Positions 1 through 12,100 of a DNA stretch of 64,000 bases are shown here, one piece after another. Source of the DNA: an uncultured virus (IMG/VR IMGVR_UViG_3300009164_000065) (taxonomy: Duplodnaviria; Heunggongvirae; Uroviricota; Caudoviricetes); the IMG/VR virus record IMGVR_UViG_3300009164_000065, one strand, 5' to 3'. Each line of letters opens with the position of its first letter. Position 1 is the stretch's first letter. A program made the translations under genes and the position numbers. The notes under the pieces are model-generated. The model searched no databases. It was given only the letters and a program-made list of their open reading frames with translations, and was not told where the DNA came from.

Positions 1-32
1 AACGCAAGTGCGTCCGTTAATCTTGTGTCCAT
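1..32 (-). CDS. 5' end of a hypothetical phage protein running off the window (MDTRLTDALA...)
   Basis: ATG at 32-30 on minus strand, open to window edge, preceded by GGGA and a TAAATA motif at 60-65. Confidence 0.5.
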   Translation of the reverse strand, partial: MDTRLTDALA

Positions 33-38
33 AGGGTT

Positions 39-86
39 CCCAGTATTCAGTACGTACTTTATTTATTTTACGTACTGATACTAGGG
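39..86 (-). promoter_or_regulatory. Inverted repeat with late-promoter motif TAAATA (60-65, minus) in its loop
   Basis: TCAGTACGTA (47-56) / TACGTACTGA (69-78) perfect, extended by CCC-AGTA / TACT-GGG; loop contains tattta. Confidence 0.6.
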
Positions 87-114
87 CAAGCCTAATTTAA
101 ATACTATTACAGTT

Positions 115-1422
115 TTATTCCCCGGCTCCACCTGCGCCGCCATCGCTGCCACCTGAAAATCCACAATAAGTGCTGTTTGATTCTAGAAATTCTTCGTATT
201 CACCACCTGTACCGTCGGCATATACTCCATATTTGTCAAATCCATAACAAGTTTCACGAAGTAATGTACCAGCTGGATCGTAAACTGGTGGAGAATAATT
301 GCAAAACTCACTATTTGGTTCTAGTAATTCTTCGTACTCGCCGCCGGTACCGTCGGCATATACTCCATATTTGTCATACCCATAACAAGTTTCACGAAGT
401 AATGTGCCAGCAGTTGGGTAAGTCGGGGGTGGAGGTGGTGGCGGAGGCGTTGTATTGGATTTATGCCAGGCTCTAACTACAAAGTAATCAGGATCTGGAA
501 TGGCCAATGTAACATTAGCTTCAGTCACAGTAGTAGGATGTGTAATTGATAGGGTTTGAGTAATTACGCCAGTGACGTCTGACGCTATAGTGCTATGATC
601 TAATAATACCCGAAAATATAAACGACCACTTGATCTATCAATTTTTCCATACAATTTTAAACGGCTTGACGAATACGAACCATAACCGCCCGGTCCGCCT
701 GAACCACCAACTGGACTGGTATAAAGTAATTGTTCATCATATGTTAATTCTACAAAACCTTTTTGTTGAGAAGTACCCTTATTGTTTAAGCTAACTGTAT
801 TATCAATATTAAATTTAATTGTTCCTGTGTTGCTAAAAACGCCTCTCCATGCAGTGTATCCTGCGCCAGCACCACTTTCAATTACATAATCAAATCGAAT
901 GTCGCCGCCAGCATTAAAGAAATGTCTTGTTTTTTCATACTTTTCCTGTGAAGTGTCATTGTCATCACCAAAATCCAATGTTATTGAATTTTCATAATAT
1001 GAATTCCACCGTTGGCCATCGCTTGCCAAGCGATTGGTATGTAGTGTAGTTAATGCAGGATCAACTACGTTACGTTTGGCTCTGGCAGTCTGTAATAAAG
1101 AAGAAGCTGTGTTAAAAAATTCAGCAGTGATTGTATCACCTCGCGACACAATATGAATTTCATCGTCAGAGCTGTTTGTTCGTAATGTGCTGATATTGAT
1201 TCTATGTGCTAATTCATTTACTAATGCAGCCGTAATCTTCTGACCACGAACTGTACTAGGTACAGCACTACCGCCCCAGCCCCAACGAATTGCATTTTCT
1301 TGCACGTTGGTCAGTGAACTAGGTCCTTCACCTTCGTGCGTATCAGCAAATAACTCATTGAGTTCATCTGCTATATTATTGAATCGCTGGTGCGTGATCT
1401 TATCAGCTTTATTAATTGGCAT
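115..1422 (-). CDS. Putative virion structural protein with C-terminal polyproline linker and two Cys-containing repeats
   Basis: 435-aa ORF at end of baseplate operon; poly-Pro run followed by two 46-aa repeats. Confidence 0.7.
   Translation of the reverse strand: MPINKADKITHQRFNNIADELNELFADTHEGEGPSSLTNVQENAIRWGWGGSAVPSTVRGQKITAALVNELAHRINISTLRTNSSDDEIHIVSRGDTITAEFFNTASSLLQTARAKRNVVDPALTTLHTNRLASDGQRWNSYYENSITLDFGDDNDTSQEKYEKTRHFFNAGGDIRFDYVIESGAGAGYTAWRGVFSNTGTIKFNIDNTVSLNNKGTSQQKGFVELTYDEQLLYTSPVGGSGGPGGYGSYSSSRLKLYGKIDRSSGRLYFRVLLDHSTIASDVTGVITQTLSITHPTTVTEANVTLAIPDPDYFVVRAWHKSNTTPPPPPPPPTYPTAGTLLRETCYGYDKYGVYADGTGGEYEELLEPNSEFCNYSPPVYDPAGTLLRETCYGFDKYGVYADGTGGEYEEFLESNSTYCGFSGGSDGGAGGAGE
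154..420 (-). repeat. Tandem 138-nt (46-aa) coding repeat, 2 copies
   Basis: AGTLLRETCYG(Y/F)DKYGVYADGTGGEYEE(L/F)LE.NS..C occurs twice with 138-nt period. Confidence 0.9.
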
Positions 1423-1427
1423 GACAA

Positions 1428-2447
1428 TTACCTAACGCCAACTGTGGCTTCTACCTTACCTACTCCTGCTCCGGAAAACGCTGATAAGCTACGTCCAATA
1501 ATGCTCCATGTTGGTTCATCGCCTTGTGCAGCCTGGGCCACTCCAGGTATGTCGCTAGACACTAACCTATCACCACGGTTTACAATACCTTTAACCTTAA
1601 CTGGAATACGGCCAGCAACAGCAATTGGCAATGCGTTCTTTTCTTTTTTCTTTTTAGCGTTCATTAAGTAAGCAGGACGAGTGGATACAATACCAAAAAT
1701 ATTTGTATCTGCATAATTTGTAGTTTGTGTAATTTCTGCAGGGCCGCCTAACGATACCAACGTACCTGGCTCATAACTAGCATCACCAACATAAATTTCA
1801 GCAACGTCGGCAAATTCTGCTTCGACTGCAACACCACGAATTTTAAAATCTCCGCTGGAATTTAAGTTAAGGCCTTTGCCAATTATACCAGTTTGATTAT
1901 AATCGCCTTCACCTAGGTTAGTTGCACCACTTCCGCAAAATGTTGTGTAATCATATCCGTCTACTTGTGAAGAAGCACCTGCTGGTGTAAAGTCTGCATC
2001 AACACTAATAATTGCGGCCATTACGGTTGTTGGACTATTCAACGGCTTAATTTTAATTCTAATACACTTATGTCTCTGGCCTTGTGTGTCAACAATGTTA
2101 ATTTCTTCGATGCCAGTACCATTGGTAAAAGATAGTAAGTGCTTCCAACTAGCTGGTGTATTCTTTCCGTCAATGTTAAAATACATTTCTTGTGGAGAAA
2201 ATCCATCTGCTAAGGTTAAACTATCAGTTTTGTTGTTGTACCAAAGCTGACCTTCTACTGGGATTAGATCTGTTCTGTTTCTTCCACCAAAGTTTTCTAG
2301 TAAGTGAAGGAAATTTTCAGCAATAATTTCGCCATAACCAAGATAGTTTTTACCCAATAGTGTCAAGTCGGTAGTTGTTGAATCAACTTCACCGTCTAAT
2401 AGGGTTATCAGGGTTAAACCGTTGCTTTTAGTTATTTCGTATGCCAT
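1428..2447 (-). CDS. Virion structural protein with C-terminal peptidase-G2-like intramolecular chaperone/autocleavage domain
   Basis: C-terminal ADVAEIY...YEPGTLVSLGG...GIVSTRPAYLMN...AVAGRIPVKVKG...GDRLVSS pattern typical of this domain; GAGGA RBS. Confidence 0.65.
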   Translation of the reverse strand: MAYEITKSNGLTLITLLDGEVDSTTTDLTLLGKNYLGYGEIIAENFLHLLENFGGRNRTDLIPVEGQLWYNNKTDSLTLADGFSPQEMYFNIDGKNTPASWKHLLSFTNGTGIEEINIVDTQGQRHKCIRIKIKPLNSPTTVMAAIISVDADFTPAGASSQVDGYDYTTFCGSGATNLGEGDYNQTGIIGKGLNLNSSGDFKIRGVAVEAEFADVAEIYVGDASYEPGTLVSLGGPAEITQTTNYADTNIFGIVSTRPAYLMNAKKKKEKNALPIAVAGRIPVKVKGIVNRGDRLVSSDIPGVAQAAQGDEPTWSIIGRSLSAFSGAGVGKVEATVGVR

Positions 2448-2499
2448 TTTTTTATTCCTCTTTGGCTAAAGTGCCATTATTATATTTAGTTTTCATTGG

Positions 2500-3126
2500 T
2501 TATCCTACCTGTACTCTTAGAGTATACACAATCTGAATACGCTGTTCGGCATTTTTTTGAATAGGATGAAAGATGAAATGTGTTAATAAACGACCTGTAT
2601 TCAGGCCTTCAGTTCCTTTGGTTTTTAATCCAATTTCATTGAACTCAAATTCTCCATCAAAAACTGTAGTTGGATCAATTTTGCCACTGGTAGTGTCGAA
2701 CAAATTATAAATTGAATCAACTGCCTTGGGCTCTTCATAATCTAATGTAGCTGTAACAACAACATCAGCATAACCAGTGCCACTAACGTGTGAGACTGAT
2801 ACATTATCCAATTGATCTTGCGCTTTATTGAAATCAAGTTCATCGACTACTTTAAAATATGTTGGAGTATGTAGGTCTGCATTGATACCAGTAACATTGG
2901 GAGTCCTGTATGTAACATCACCATCTGTTGCAATAATGGCTGCGCCACATCCAAAATGCATTTCGCTAATAAAAGTTCCTAGTCCATGTGACAATCCCTG
3001 TGCCAATGCTAAACTCATGTTTTCTTTGTGTATTGCGTTTGAGCCTTCGTGCAAAATTGAACCATTATTAAGGTCAATGATTTTGATATGAGTGCTAAAC
3101 TGTACTGGTAAATGCTGAATGTTCAT
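2500..3126 (-). CDS. Putative baseplate/virion structural protein
   Basis: 208-aa ORF in baseplate block; FNEIGLK...LLTHFIFHPIQK...IQIVYTLRV C-terminus resembles phage baseplate/collar proteins. Confidence 0.6.
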   Translation of the reverse strand: MNIQHLPVQFSTHIKIIDLNNGSILHEGSNAIHKENMSLALAQGLSHGLGTFISEMHFGCGAAIIATDGDVTYRTPNVTGINADLHTPTYFKVVDELDFNKAQDQLDNVSVSHVSGTGYADVVVTATLDYEEPKAVDSIYNLFDTTSGKIDPTTVFDGEFEFNEIGLKTKGTEGLNTGRLLTHFIFHPIQKNAEQRIQIVYTLRVQVG

Positions 3127-3131
3127 AATGA

Positions 3132-3137
3132 TATTTA
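3132..3137 (-). promoter_or_regulatory. Putative late promoter TAAATA, 5 nt before ATG
   Basis: T4-late-like motif in short intergenic gap; recurs upstream of most structural genes. Confidence 0.55.
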
Positions 3138-3158
3138 GCTTGTTTTATATAACCCACT

Positions 3159-6100
3159 TTAACCTTCGTCGGTTAAAACGTGCTCTGTAACCTCATCTTT
3201 TATGATAATTAAATTACCAGACTCGGTTAAAATGCGATTTGGCACATTGACAGTTACTGGATTGCCATTTCGTTTGTAGTCAATGACCCTATTAGTAGAG
3301 CCTTGTTCTGTGGCTAGATATACTACATCTGTTACACGCATTTTAATGCTTTCATTGATAGATGTATCTATCTCTTGCATAGAACTTGTAAAGGTTCCTT
3401 GATCAATGTACTTGCTATGATATGGTTTTACCTCATTGAGGTAATCTTTAATCAGCTTATCTTTCTTATCGTAGTATACTGCAATTTCTTCAAGTTCATT
3501 GTTGTTTGATTGGTTCACTGACAAGTATGTTGTTTTGTAAACCCAATCGGCGGCCGGAATCTGCGACAAGCTTTCACGTACCATATCAAAGAATGTCAAA
3601 TTAAAGTATCCAATATCACTACCAATAAAGATGTTTTCTCTAAGAGCATTAAGTATAATACCAAACATTTCACTGTAATCGCGGTCCCATTGGCTGCTAT
3701 CCCATAGCTTGGTATCCCATCCTTCCATGTACCATAAATCAACAAATTGGATGGTTCCGTTCTTTCTATAGATTAGATCATATTTTCCATTGTTTATTTT
3801 ATAAACTTGTTGGGTAATATTATTATCATCAACAATAGCAAAAATTGTTGCACTTGGATTATCTACTAAATCGTCAAACTTTGTAACTCGAATAGTTTCA
3901 TTGCCAGCTATGTAGTTGTCAACAACATAATCAGCATAATCCCAAATTTTAGTTGATCTATTAGATTCAGGATCAAGATAAATTATTGGGTTTGTTGAAA
4001 TGTGTACATCAATGATATCTCCTCTTGCCAAAGGAATCTTAATTACAAGTGAATCATTTATTAAGTCAAACCCTGTACCTTGCTCAATTATTGTACCATT
4101 TACTTTTACACGGATTGTGTCAGCAGGTTTTAATACATAGTGCAAATAAAATTGGCTGTCTAAAACTCCACTTGATTCAAAAGATTTAGTGATGAAACGG
4201 CCAAGCAATGGTATATATGTTCTTAAATTCTTGTCCCAATCAGGCTTACTTACAACATCAATTTTTAATAATTTATCATTGACTGCTTCCAAACAAGTTC
4301 GACGAGCTCGTTGTAAATCCTTGAACCAAGTTTGTGGATAAGGTACATAACTGTTACCATATCTGCGGGTTGGATGCAATCTACTGTCGGGCACACGTCG
4401 CGGATGTTCTGTTACAAGATAATATCTATTGTCTTCAATTAGGTCTTTGACTAATGCACCTTGTATTAGACCAAGTGATGGTCTAATACTTGACCATGTA
4501 CCTGCTGGTATATCATTTAATACTTTGAACACACCATATCGACTCTGCCCATCACTGAAGGATTGACCGTCAGCATCCGACTGATGCCAGCATTGAGTTA
4601 CACTATTCCGAGTGCCATTAATTGTTTTTAGAATTGGCATATCTAATCCGTGATAATCTGATGGAACAGTTACTTTTCTAATAGATGCCTGGGTACGGAT
4701 ATCATAATATGAAATTATATCACCTTCCTTGTAGCTAGAAGTTGAATCCCAGGTAAAGATTGGTTCTGCATGACGATACCCATCATAGCTTACTAAAGAA
4801 TCACGTAAACGAATATATAGGTATTCGGGTATCGTTGTACCTGTCATTCCTTCACTGACCAAGACGCCAGTGGTGTGTTTTTGCTCTGGATGAGTATCCT
4901 GTTCAACTCTGATAATTACGCTGTCTCTGCCGGTAAAATAATCTTGTATATTAGAGATTAAAAATGATGCAGAAGATAAATCGTTATCAATTGGCGAAAT
5001 CCAAGCAACTCCTTCAGAATCTGGATTATTTAATGTATCTTCAATTGCCTTAGCAGTGTATGGACGTGCAGTATACGTTGGCAATGATGTAACATTACGT
5101 TTCCAATAATAATACATTGTTATTGTAGCACCTTCAGGAGTAGTCTCGTCAATTTTACAATAGCGTGGTTGTCCAACGCCACTGCTGTCATCTAGATAAA
5201 TGCCTGGAGTTTCAAATGATGGAACATCCATACTTGACACCCATTCGTATATTCGTACTTCGCTGTCAACAGCTTGCTTTGCCCAGTTAACTGCACGATA
5301 TTCAAGTGTGCCTTGCTCGTATTCATTGTAACGAACATAGCTGATATCCCACCATAGTGTGCCAAGTTTTCTTAAATCCCATGGTTCAATAACAGAGCTA
5401 TCCAGTTGATCCAAATCATCAATGTTATAAACAGCTGGGTCAATTGGTTCTTTATAGCTAATGTATTGTGCCACTTCATCAATTATTTGTCCTTTATATG
5501 GATCATAAATTTCAAGTGTTGCCAACAATTCTTGGCTAGCAGTATCAACAACTTGAGCCTTATAGAAACTTTGGGTATCAATAAAATCTTGAGATACATT
5601 ATCTACCAGCGTTGAAATTAGAGTTCCTGTTCCATCATCTTGGAACTCATACACTTTAAAGTTATATGTTTGAATACCGGTTAATACTTCGTTGTCATCT
5701 TTATCAACATAAGCTTTCATTCCAGCTTTCCAGTCATAATAGTTTTTAGTTTCTTCGTAGTCATACGTTGAATCAAATTTCACTGGAAGTAGCTTGAATG
5801 CTACAACATTGTATGCAATTGCATCCTGCGAGCTACGTGCGGCTATAGTTACATTATAGTCATCAACCACTGCCTTGACTGCATGTACACTATCGTAACT
5901 GCCATCGTTACAGCCTGACAATACAAAATATTCGCCTTCTCTTAAACCATGCGGGCTTGCAAAAGTAACTTTACTTTCGTTTAATCCAGTGTTTAATGCA
6001 TTAGGACACACTTCCTCAACATATATTGGGCCAAATGTTTGTAGAATATTCCAGCCATATCCAGAGTTTTTAAGTACCCAGAATGATTTAATATTGGCTT

Positions 6101-9100
6101 GTAATATTGCTGGATTTGTAGATGACCCGCCACTGACTACTACAGTAGGCGAACTTACATATCCTGAACCACCTGTGTCGTTGGTAAATTGTGATGTTAC
6201 CTTAGATATAACACCATTTGCAATCTTGACTCCTATTTGGGCCCCGTTGCCGTTTCCAGTTGGATCAACCACTTCTACGGTAGCAGTATTGCTAAAGTTA
6301 ACATTTCTTGCATTTGGATAAATTGTAATATTATCAATATTACCTACTTCCAGTGTATCAGTAACTGCGGTTATAGTTTCTAGCGCAACACTAATTTCAA
6401 TTACATCATTTGCCCAATATGGATCAATGACTCTGACCAGTGGTGCTGTGGTATATCCGCTGCCGCCAGATACAATCTCGACTCCAGTTAATTTACCATT
6501 GGTAATAATTGGATTTGCAATCGCACCAAGACCGTTACCAATTATTTGAATTTTAATATCACTTGGTGTTACAACGTTGCCTTGGTCATTTGGATTAATA
6601 GTAATTTCATTAACACGACCATTAAGAACTGATGCAAATGCTCTGCGATACTCTTGCTTGTTGCTGTCAGAGAAAAATACAGTGGGCTTGCGAGAAATTC
6701 TAATTGTAGCAGGAGACGTATAATTTTTACCGCCATTGGCAACTGTAAATCCAGTGATTACTCCGTTATCCAAGATCTTAGTAGTAGTAACTTCTTCAGT
6801 TACGCTTGTTATAGTAACTGATCCGCCTGTACCAGTGCCGCCTGACAATTGATAAGTGCCGCCTGACAAATAACTTTGTCCAGGAGAAGTTAATGTTAAT
6901 GTTGCAATTGCTTTACTTGCACTAGATTGTCCAGAAACAGTAACAGTTGGTGGCAATGAGTCAACATAACCAGCACCTGCATCTACTATAACATAGGATG
7001 CAATGCTGCCTCCATTTGCTGATAGGATAGCTTGTGCAACTGCTTGTCTTGGAGTAACAGTTGATTTAACAGTATAGTTGAATAAATTTACTGTTGCACC
7101 AAAAGCTGTATTTGTATAGGCATGTGCAATTAGATCTAAAATATGACCAACTTCTGTTCTTACAATTTGTATATTAGAAGGATCATTGTAAAAAGAAGTA
7201 GTGTCGTTGTCGCCATTGGACATTCCAAGTCCTATGTATGCCTGTACTGCATTGTCAATTAATTGTGATCGTAGTCCAGCTGTTATTTGTGTGGTAGGAG
7301 ACCACTTCAATCCGCTTCGGGCTACTGAACTCTTTGTATAAGTCAATCCATTGACCGTAAATTCTCCATTGGTCACTTGACGCAATGTGCGCGGTACGTT
7401 ATCAACAACGTAGGTATTTGCAGAACCAATATGTCCTTGCATTGCTATATTTGCCTGATCAATTAGTGTATTGACAACTGTATCAGCTTGCCATAATTGA
7501 ACACCTACATTTCCCCACTTGGTGGCAATAGTTTCATCACCTTCAAGATTGTATAATACATTTTTAAATACCGCAGGATCAATGTCAAAACTATTGGTAT
7601 TAAATCCATCAATCCATGCTATCAATTGATTGGCAATATCTTGCCCGACCAATTTATTTTCTTGTTCAAAACTAACTGATGGTGAATAATTGACCGTTTT
7701 TGTAATTGTGCCTTGATTGTTAGGTGGTGCAATAGTAACTGTTGGTGGTGTTACATATCCTGACCCTGGTTGAACTACATTAACATTCGTAACAGAACCA
7801 TTTTGCACAACTGCGGTAGCTGTTGCTGATTGCACAGATGCAACTGTGGCTACTGTGGCAATAGCATCAACCGGCGAGTCAGCATTATTAGTATTACGGA
7901 TACGTACAACATCGCCAACACTGTATCCTAGACCGCCGTTTTTTAACGTCAACGATTGAATAATTCCTTTCTTTGACACATCTCCTGTTTGAATTTGGTC
8001 TTCAATGATCGGAACCAATACAGCACCGGTTCCATTGCCAACAATAGTTATTTCAACGTTGTTTCTGGTATAATTATTACCAATTGTAAATTTGCTTACT
8101 CCAGGTGCAGTTGGTTTTACTTTGCTTATGATTCCGTTACTGTTAGCACCTATTTCGATTATGTTTTTGTAATTAATTTTGTAATTGAAAGCTTCTAAAC
8201 GTTGGCCATTTACTTTCAGGTAGGTCTGTTTGGTTTCATAATTTGTACCAGACCGATTAACTGTGAAAGCCGCAATTTTACCATTGGCAATTTCTAAAAT
8301 GCGGGCCGATGCACCTGTGCCTCGATCTGATACAAAGCTAATAGTGTCACTGACCGTGTAACCTTCGCCACCATCAATGATAGTTAATGTATCTAATTGA
8401 CTTTGAATAAACTGACCCAATGAAGTATGAGCATGAGTACAGGTATAATACAAGCCGTTGCGGTATACCACATCATTTATACTGTAATCAACTCCAGGCG
8501 ACCATGCGCCTCTGTATTGTCTTCCTTTTTTGTTTGTTAAACTGTATGCAAAATCAGTGACCCAAATTACAGGAAGCAGGCGAGAATCAATATCCACTTG
8601 TTCATACAAATCTGGATCAATTACACTTGTACTACTAGCAGGAATATTGGCTTTGGCTCTAAATAGTACGCCACCACTCCAGGCTAGGTCATCAACATTG
8701 TATGATTTATTTCTGCTAAATCCTTGAGCACTAAAAATATCCCGTGTTGTTAACGTATCATAATATGAAATACTGTCTAAGTTTTCAAATTTATTTGATT
8801 GGTCTATTTTTTTAAAATCATCAATTGTAACTGACGAAATATTTCTGTGTTGAATATCTACATCAACAATACTGGCTACACCTGCACTTGGTAGCCATGA
8901 CTGTGTTTGTTCTAAAGTGGTGTTTGTTGCTCTATTAATCTTAATAAAGTTAAATGGATCTTGCGGCTTAGTAACCCAGCGTCGGTCATTCATGTTAATA
9001 TCAATGATATTGTCACTGAGCTTGTCAACAACGCCGTTGCTTAATCTTACAATTTGACGATTAGTTGATACGTCACTTTTACGAACTTCAAATTCCCATA

Positions 9101-12100
9101 TCTTTTGATCTTTGATATTGCCAAATTTTCCAGTATTAAATAACCATTCTTCATTGACAACAACGTCCTGGCTTCTTCCAGGAACATCAATATTAACGTC
9201 TCTAAATATTGCATTAATTGCCAAGTTGGTGCCTGCAGAACTTTGCAGACCTTGTTGATATAAATGAGATTGTGTTTTATCTTGGATAAGCTCAGTTAAT
9301 ACAGTGGCTTTGACTGGTACTACATCACCGCGAGCAATTATTGATTTATATGTATCAAATGCATTGTTCTCGGGAAAGTGGCTTTTTAATACATCATTAC
9401 TTAAACTATCAAATCCAGGCAATAGCCCATCGCTTTGAATTATAACACCTCGAGCATGTGGACGTCCGTCCCACTTAGTTGTACGTCGGCCGTTCAATGA
9501 TAATACATCAAGTCTATTGTTTGTTTGTAAATCTGCAACCAAGTCGCCAAACTTTGTAACCAAGTTCACATAAACAACATGTTCGTATTCGCGTTGTGCT
9601 AGATCTGCAAACAATATCTGTTCGCCTGTGATTGGTGTAATCTTATCTACATTTTTTTCATAATCACGAGTAATCAATAACTCACTGGCCAATGCCGAAC
9701 GTCCATTGGCAAATAAAATTTTGCCAGTTCGTCCCAAATCAGCATCTAATCTATCTAGAGTACCAGTGGCATGATAAATTTTTAATCCATTGTTTGTCAC
9801 AGGACCAATTATGCAATAGTTGTTGTTGTCCCATTGTTCATCAATCCAGGTGAATGCATCTAGTGCAGCCTGTTTCCAATCTGTAATTGTGCCTCGACTG
9901 TTAATTTCGTCAAGCAACAGGCCTTTTGATTTTTGGCATTCTCCTAATCCTAGTAAAAGAGTCAATAAATCTTGTTTATTAGTAATGTATGTGCCGTATG
10001 GTATACGAATACTAGTTGGAATCCAATTTAAGTATTCTGTAAAATCACCCGAGCTGGTTGAAATGCTTCGACGAGAAGAGATTTGATTTATTGAATTATC
10101 AACAACTGGTGCAAATACATCAAACCAATGATTTGATGGATCATATCCGTATACTCGGAATCCGGCGTCATCTTTTTCAAGTCGTACTGCACTGTATCGT
10201 AATTGCTCCATTGACACACCATTGTTTAATGTCATGAAGAAATCTTCATCTGGCACATAACTACCAGTTTGAAACTTTGCATAATACATCTTCAATGACA
10301 TACGCGAGTCAGCAAATCCTCCCAAGGCAAATTCTAGTCTAGGAGCAATTGACATCAATTCTTCCAATGGATTCTCACCAGGTAGGTTAAATTCTCTATA
10401 CGCTTCAAACAGCATTGCACCAATTCCAGTTACTGGTCTACTTTGTGCAAAGTAACTAGGATTAAATGTAATATCTCCCCTGGCTCTAGGACTATTTGTT
10501 GGAATTGTTCTAACAAACGGATCAACCCCAGATTCAACAAAATCACTGATTTTAGAATAATCATCCAATGGTTGCATTACAGTTGCCCAGTGACCTGCAA
10601 CACTACGACGCCATGCTAATTCAGCAGGACCTAGTGCTCCAATTTCCCAAGGTAAACGTGCAATGTCAGCAGTTGGTGCAAAATTAATATTCCATTCGCC
10701 TGGAGCCAATAGTTTACCAAATTGATTAACTGGATAAGTTGTAAAGCTTCTTGCAAATTCAGGTACTGTGGTTTCTGGTGTGCCTGGTTCGGTGACAATA
10801 CCATGTTGCAGTGCTCTAATCAGGGCCTGACGTTTACTTGCGTTTGTCCAGGAATAATGCAACTCCCACCAAGATGGTGCATCTGCATACCCTAAGGCTT
10901 TCCATGGCGATGTATGTAATTGGTCAGTTCCAAATAAATCAATATAAAAGGCTCTCCAGCTTTTGCCGTTATAGTTCCAAGTCCATGCATTGTCTGAGAC
11001 ATAATCATTGCGGTCACGATAATCTATGTTGTTCATTGCATACCAGGCAATTTGTGCATTTGCTATAGTTGGCGATACTGTAGTGGCCAAATAATTACTA
11101 TTCAATGTGTTGCCCTGGAATATGCATCCTAGGTAGATTCTATTTTCAAACTCTAAAATAATTTTATTTCTAATATCTTCTTCTGAATTACCAAATAGTG
11201 CAATTTTAGATCCATTATGTAATTGTATAAACTTACTTGTATTATCTCCCCATGACTCAGTTACGATTTGCGGAACGTATAATTCCGCTAGGCCTAGCTT
11301 GGTCGGACTTGCAGGGATGCCAGTTAATAATTGTAATGCATTACCGTAATAGATATCAACACGGTCTCCAATGGTCAATGCTTCATTGAAGATAATCTGA
11401 TTGTTGACAATACTAAACTGAGATGCAGATATTAATTCATCGTTGACATAAACATATACATGGTCTGTTCCGTAAGCGCCTTGGTATATACTATCAGTTC
11501 CGGTATTGATTAGATAATTTGTATTTTGTACAGCAACATATCCAGCATAGCGCATTGCATTTGTACTAAATGCAACGCCACTGATTGCATCAGCTGAACT
11601 GAATGTGATTCCTAATAGTAGTTCTTCTAATATTCTATCTAAACCACGACGTGGTCCAAATTGTTGTAAGTCTAATAGATTGTTATTAGACTCAATCTTA
11701 GAAATAAATTTTCTATACCAACGCCAAGCGGATACGGAACGTGCTGTTGCAACGTCCTGAACTGTTGGGCTCAATCTTGTGCTAGCCCAGGCGCTACGCA
11801 TTGCACTATGATCTACCATTAGTGCGCCATTAAATGCTGGCAGTTGAGGACACTCAATCCATTGTTGGTCGTCAAATAATTTATTACTGTTAATATTTGC
11901 AAGCATTGATGATGCTAAACGACTGACTGTAAATTTACCTAGACTAATATCCTGAGTGGGATTAAGTTCAAATCCTGGAATTGCAGAAATACTACTGCCA
12001 GCAGGTGCATTGATACCCTGGTGACATATTTCTAGTTTACCAATGCCGTTGAGCAATACTCTGACAGAGTCAATGGTCAGATCGGTATTGCGAGTAATAT

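Noticed and set aside
154..420. Repeat pair as DGR template/variable region
   Set aside because: Both copies are in-frame in one ORF, differences are mostly third-position and not adenine-specific, and there is no reverse transcriptase in the window
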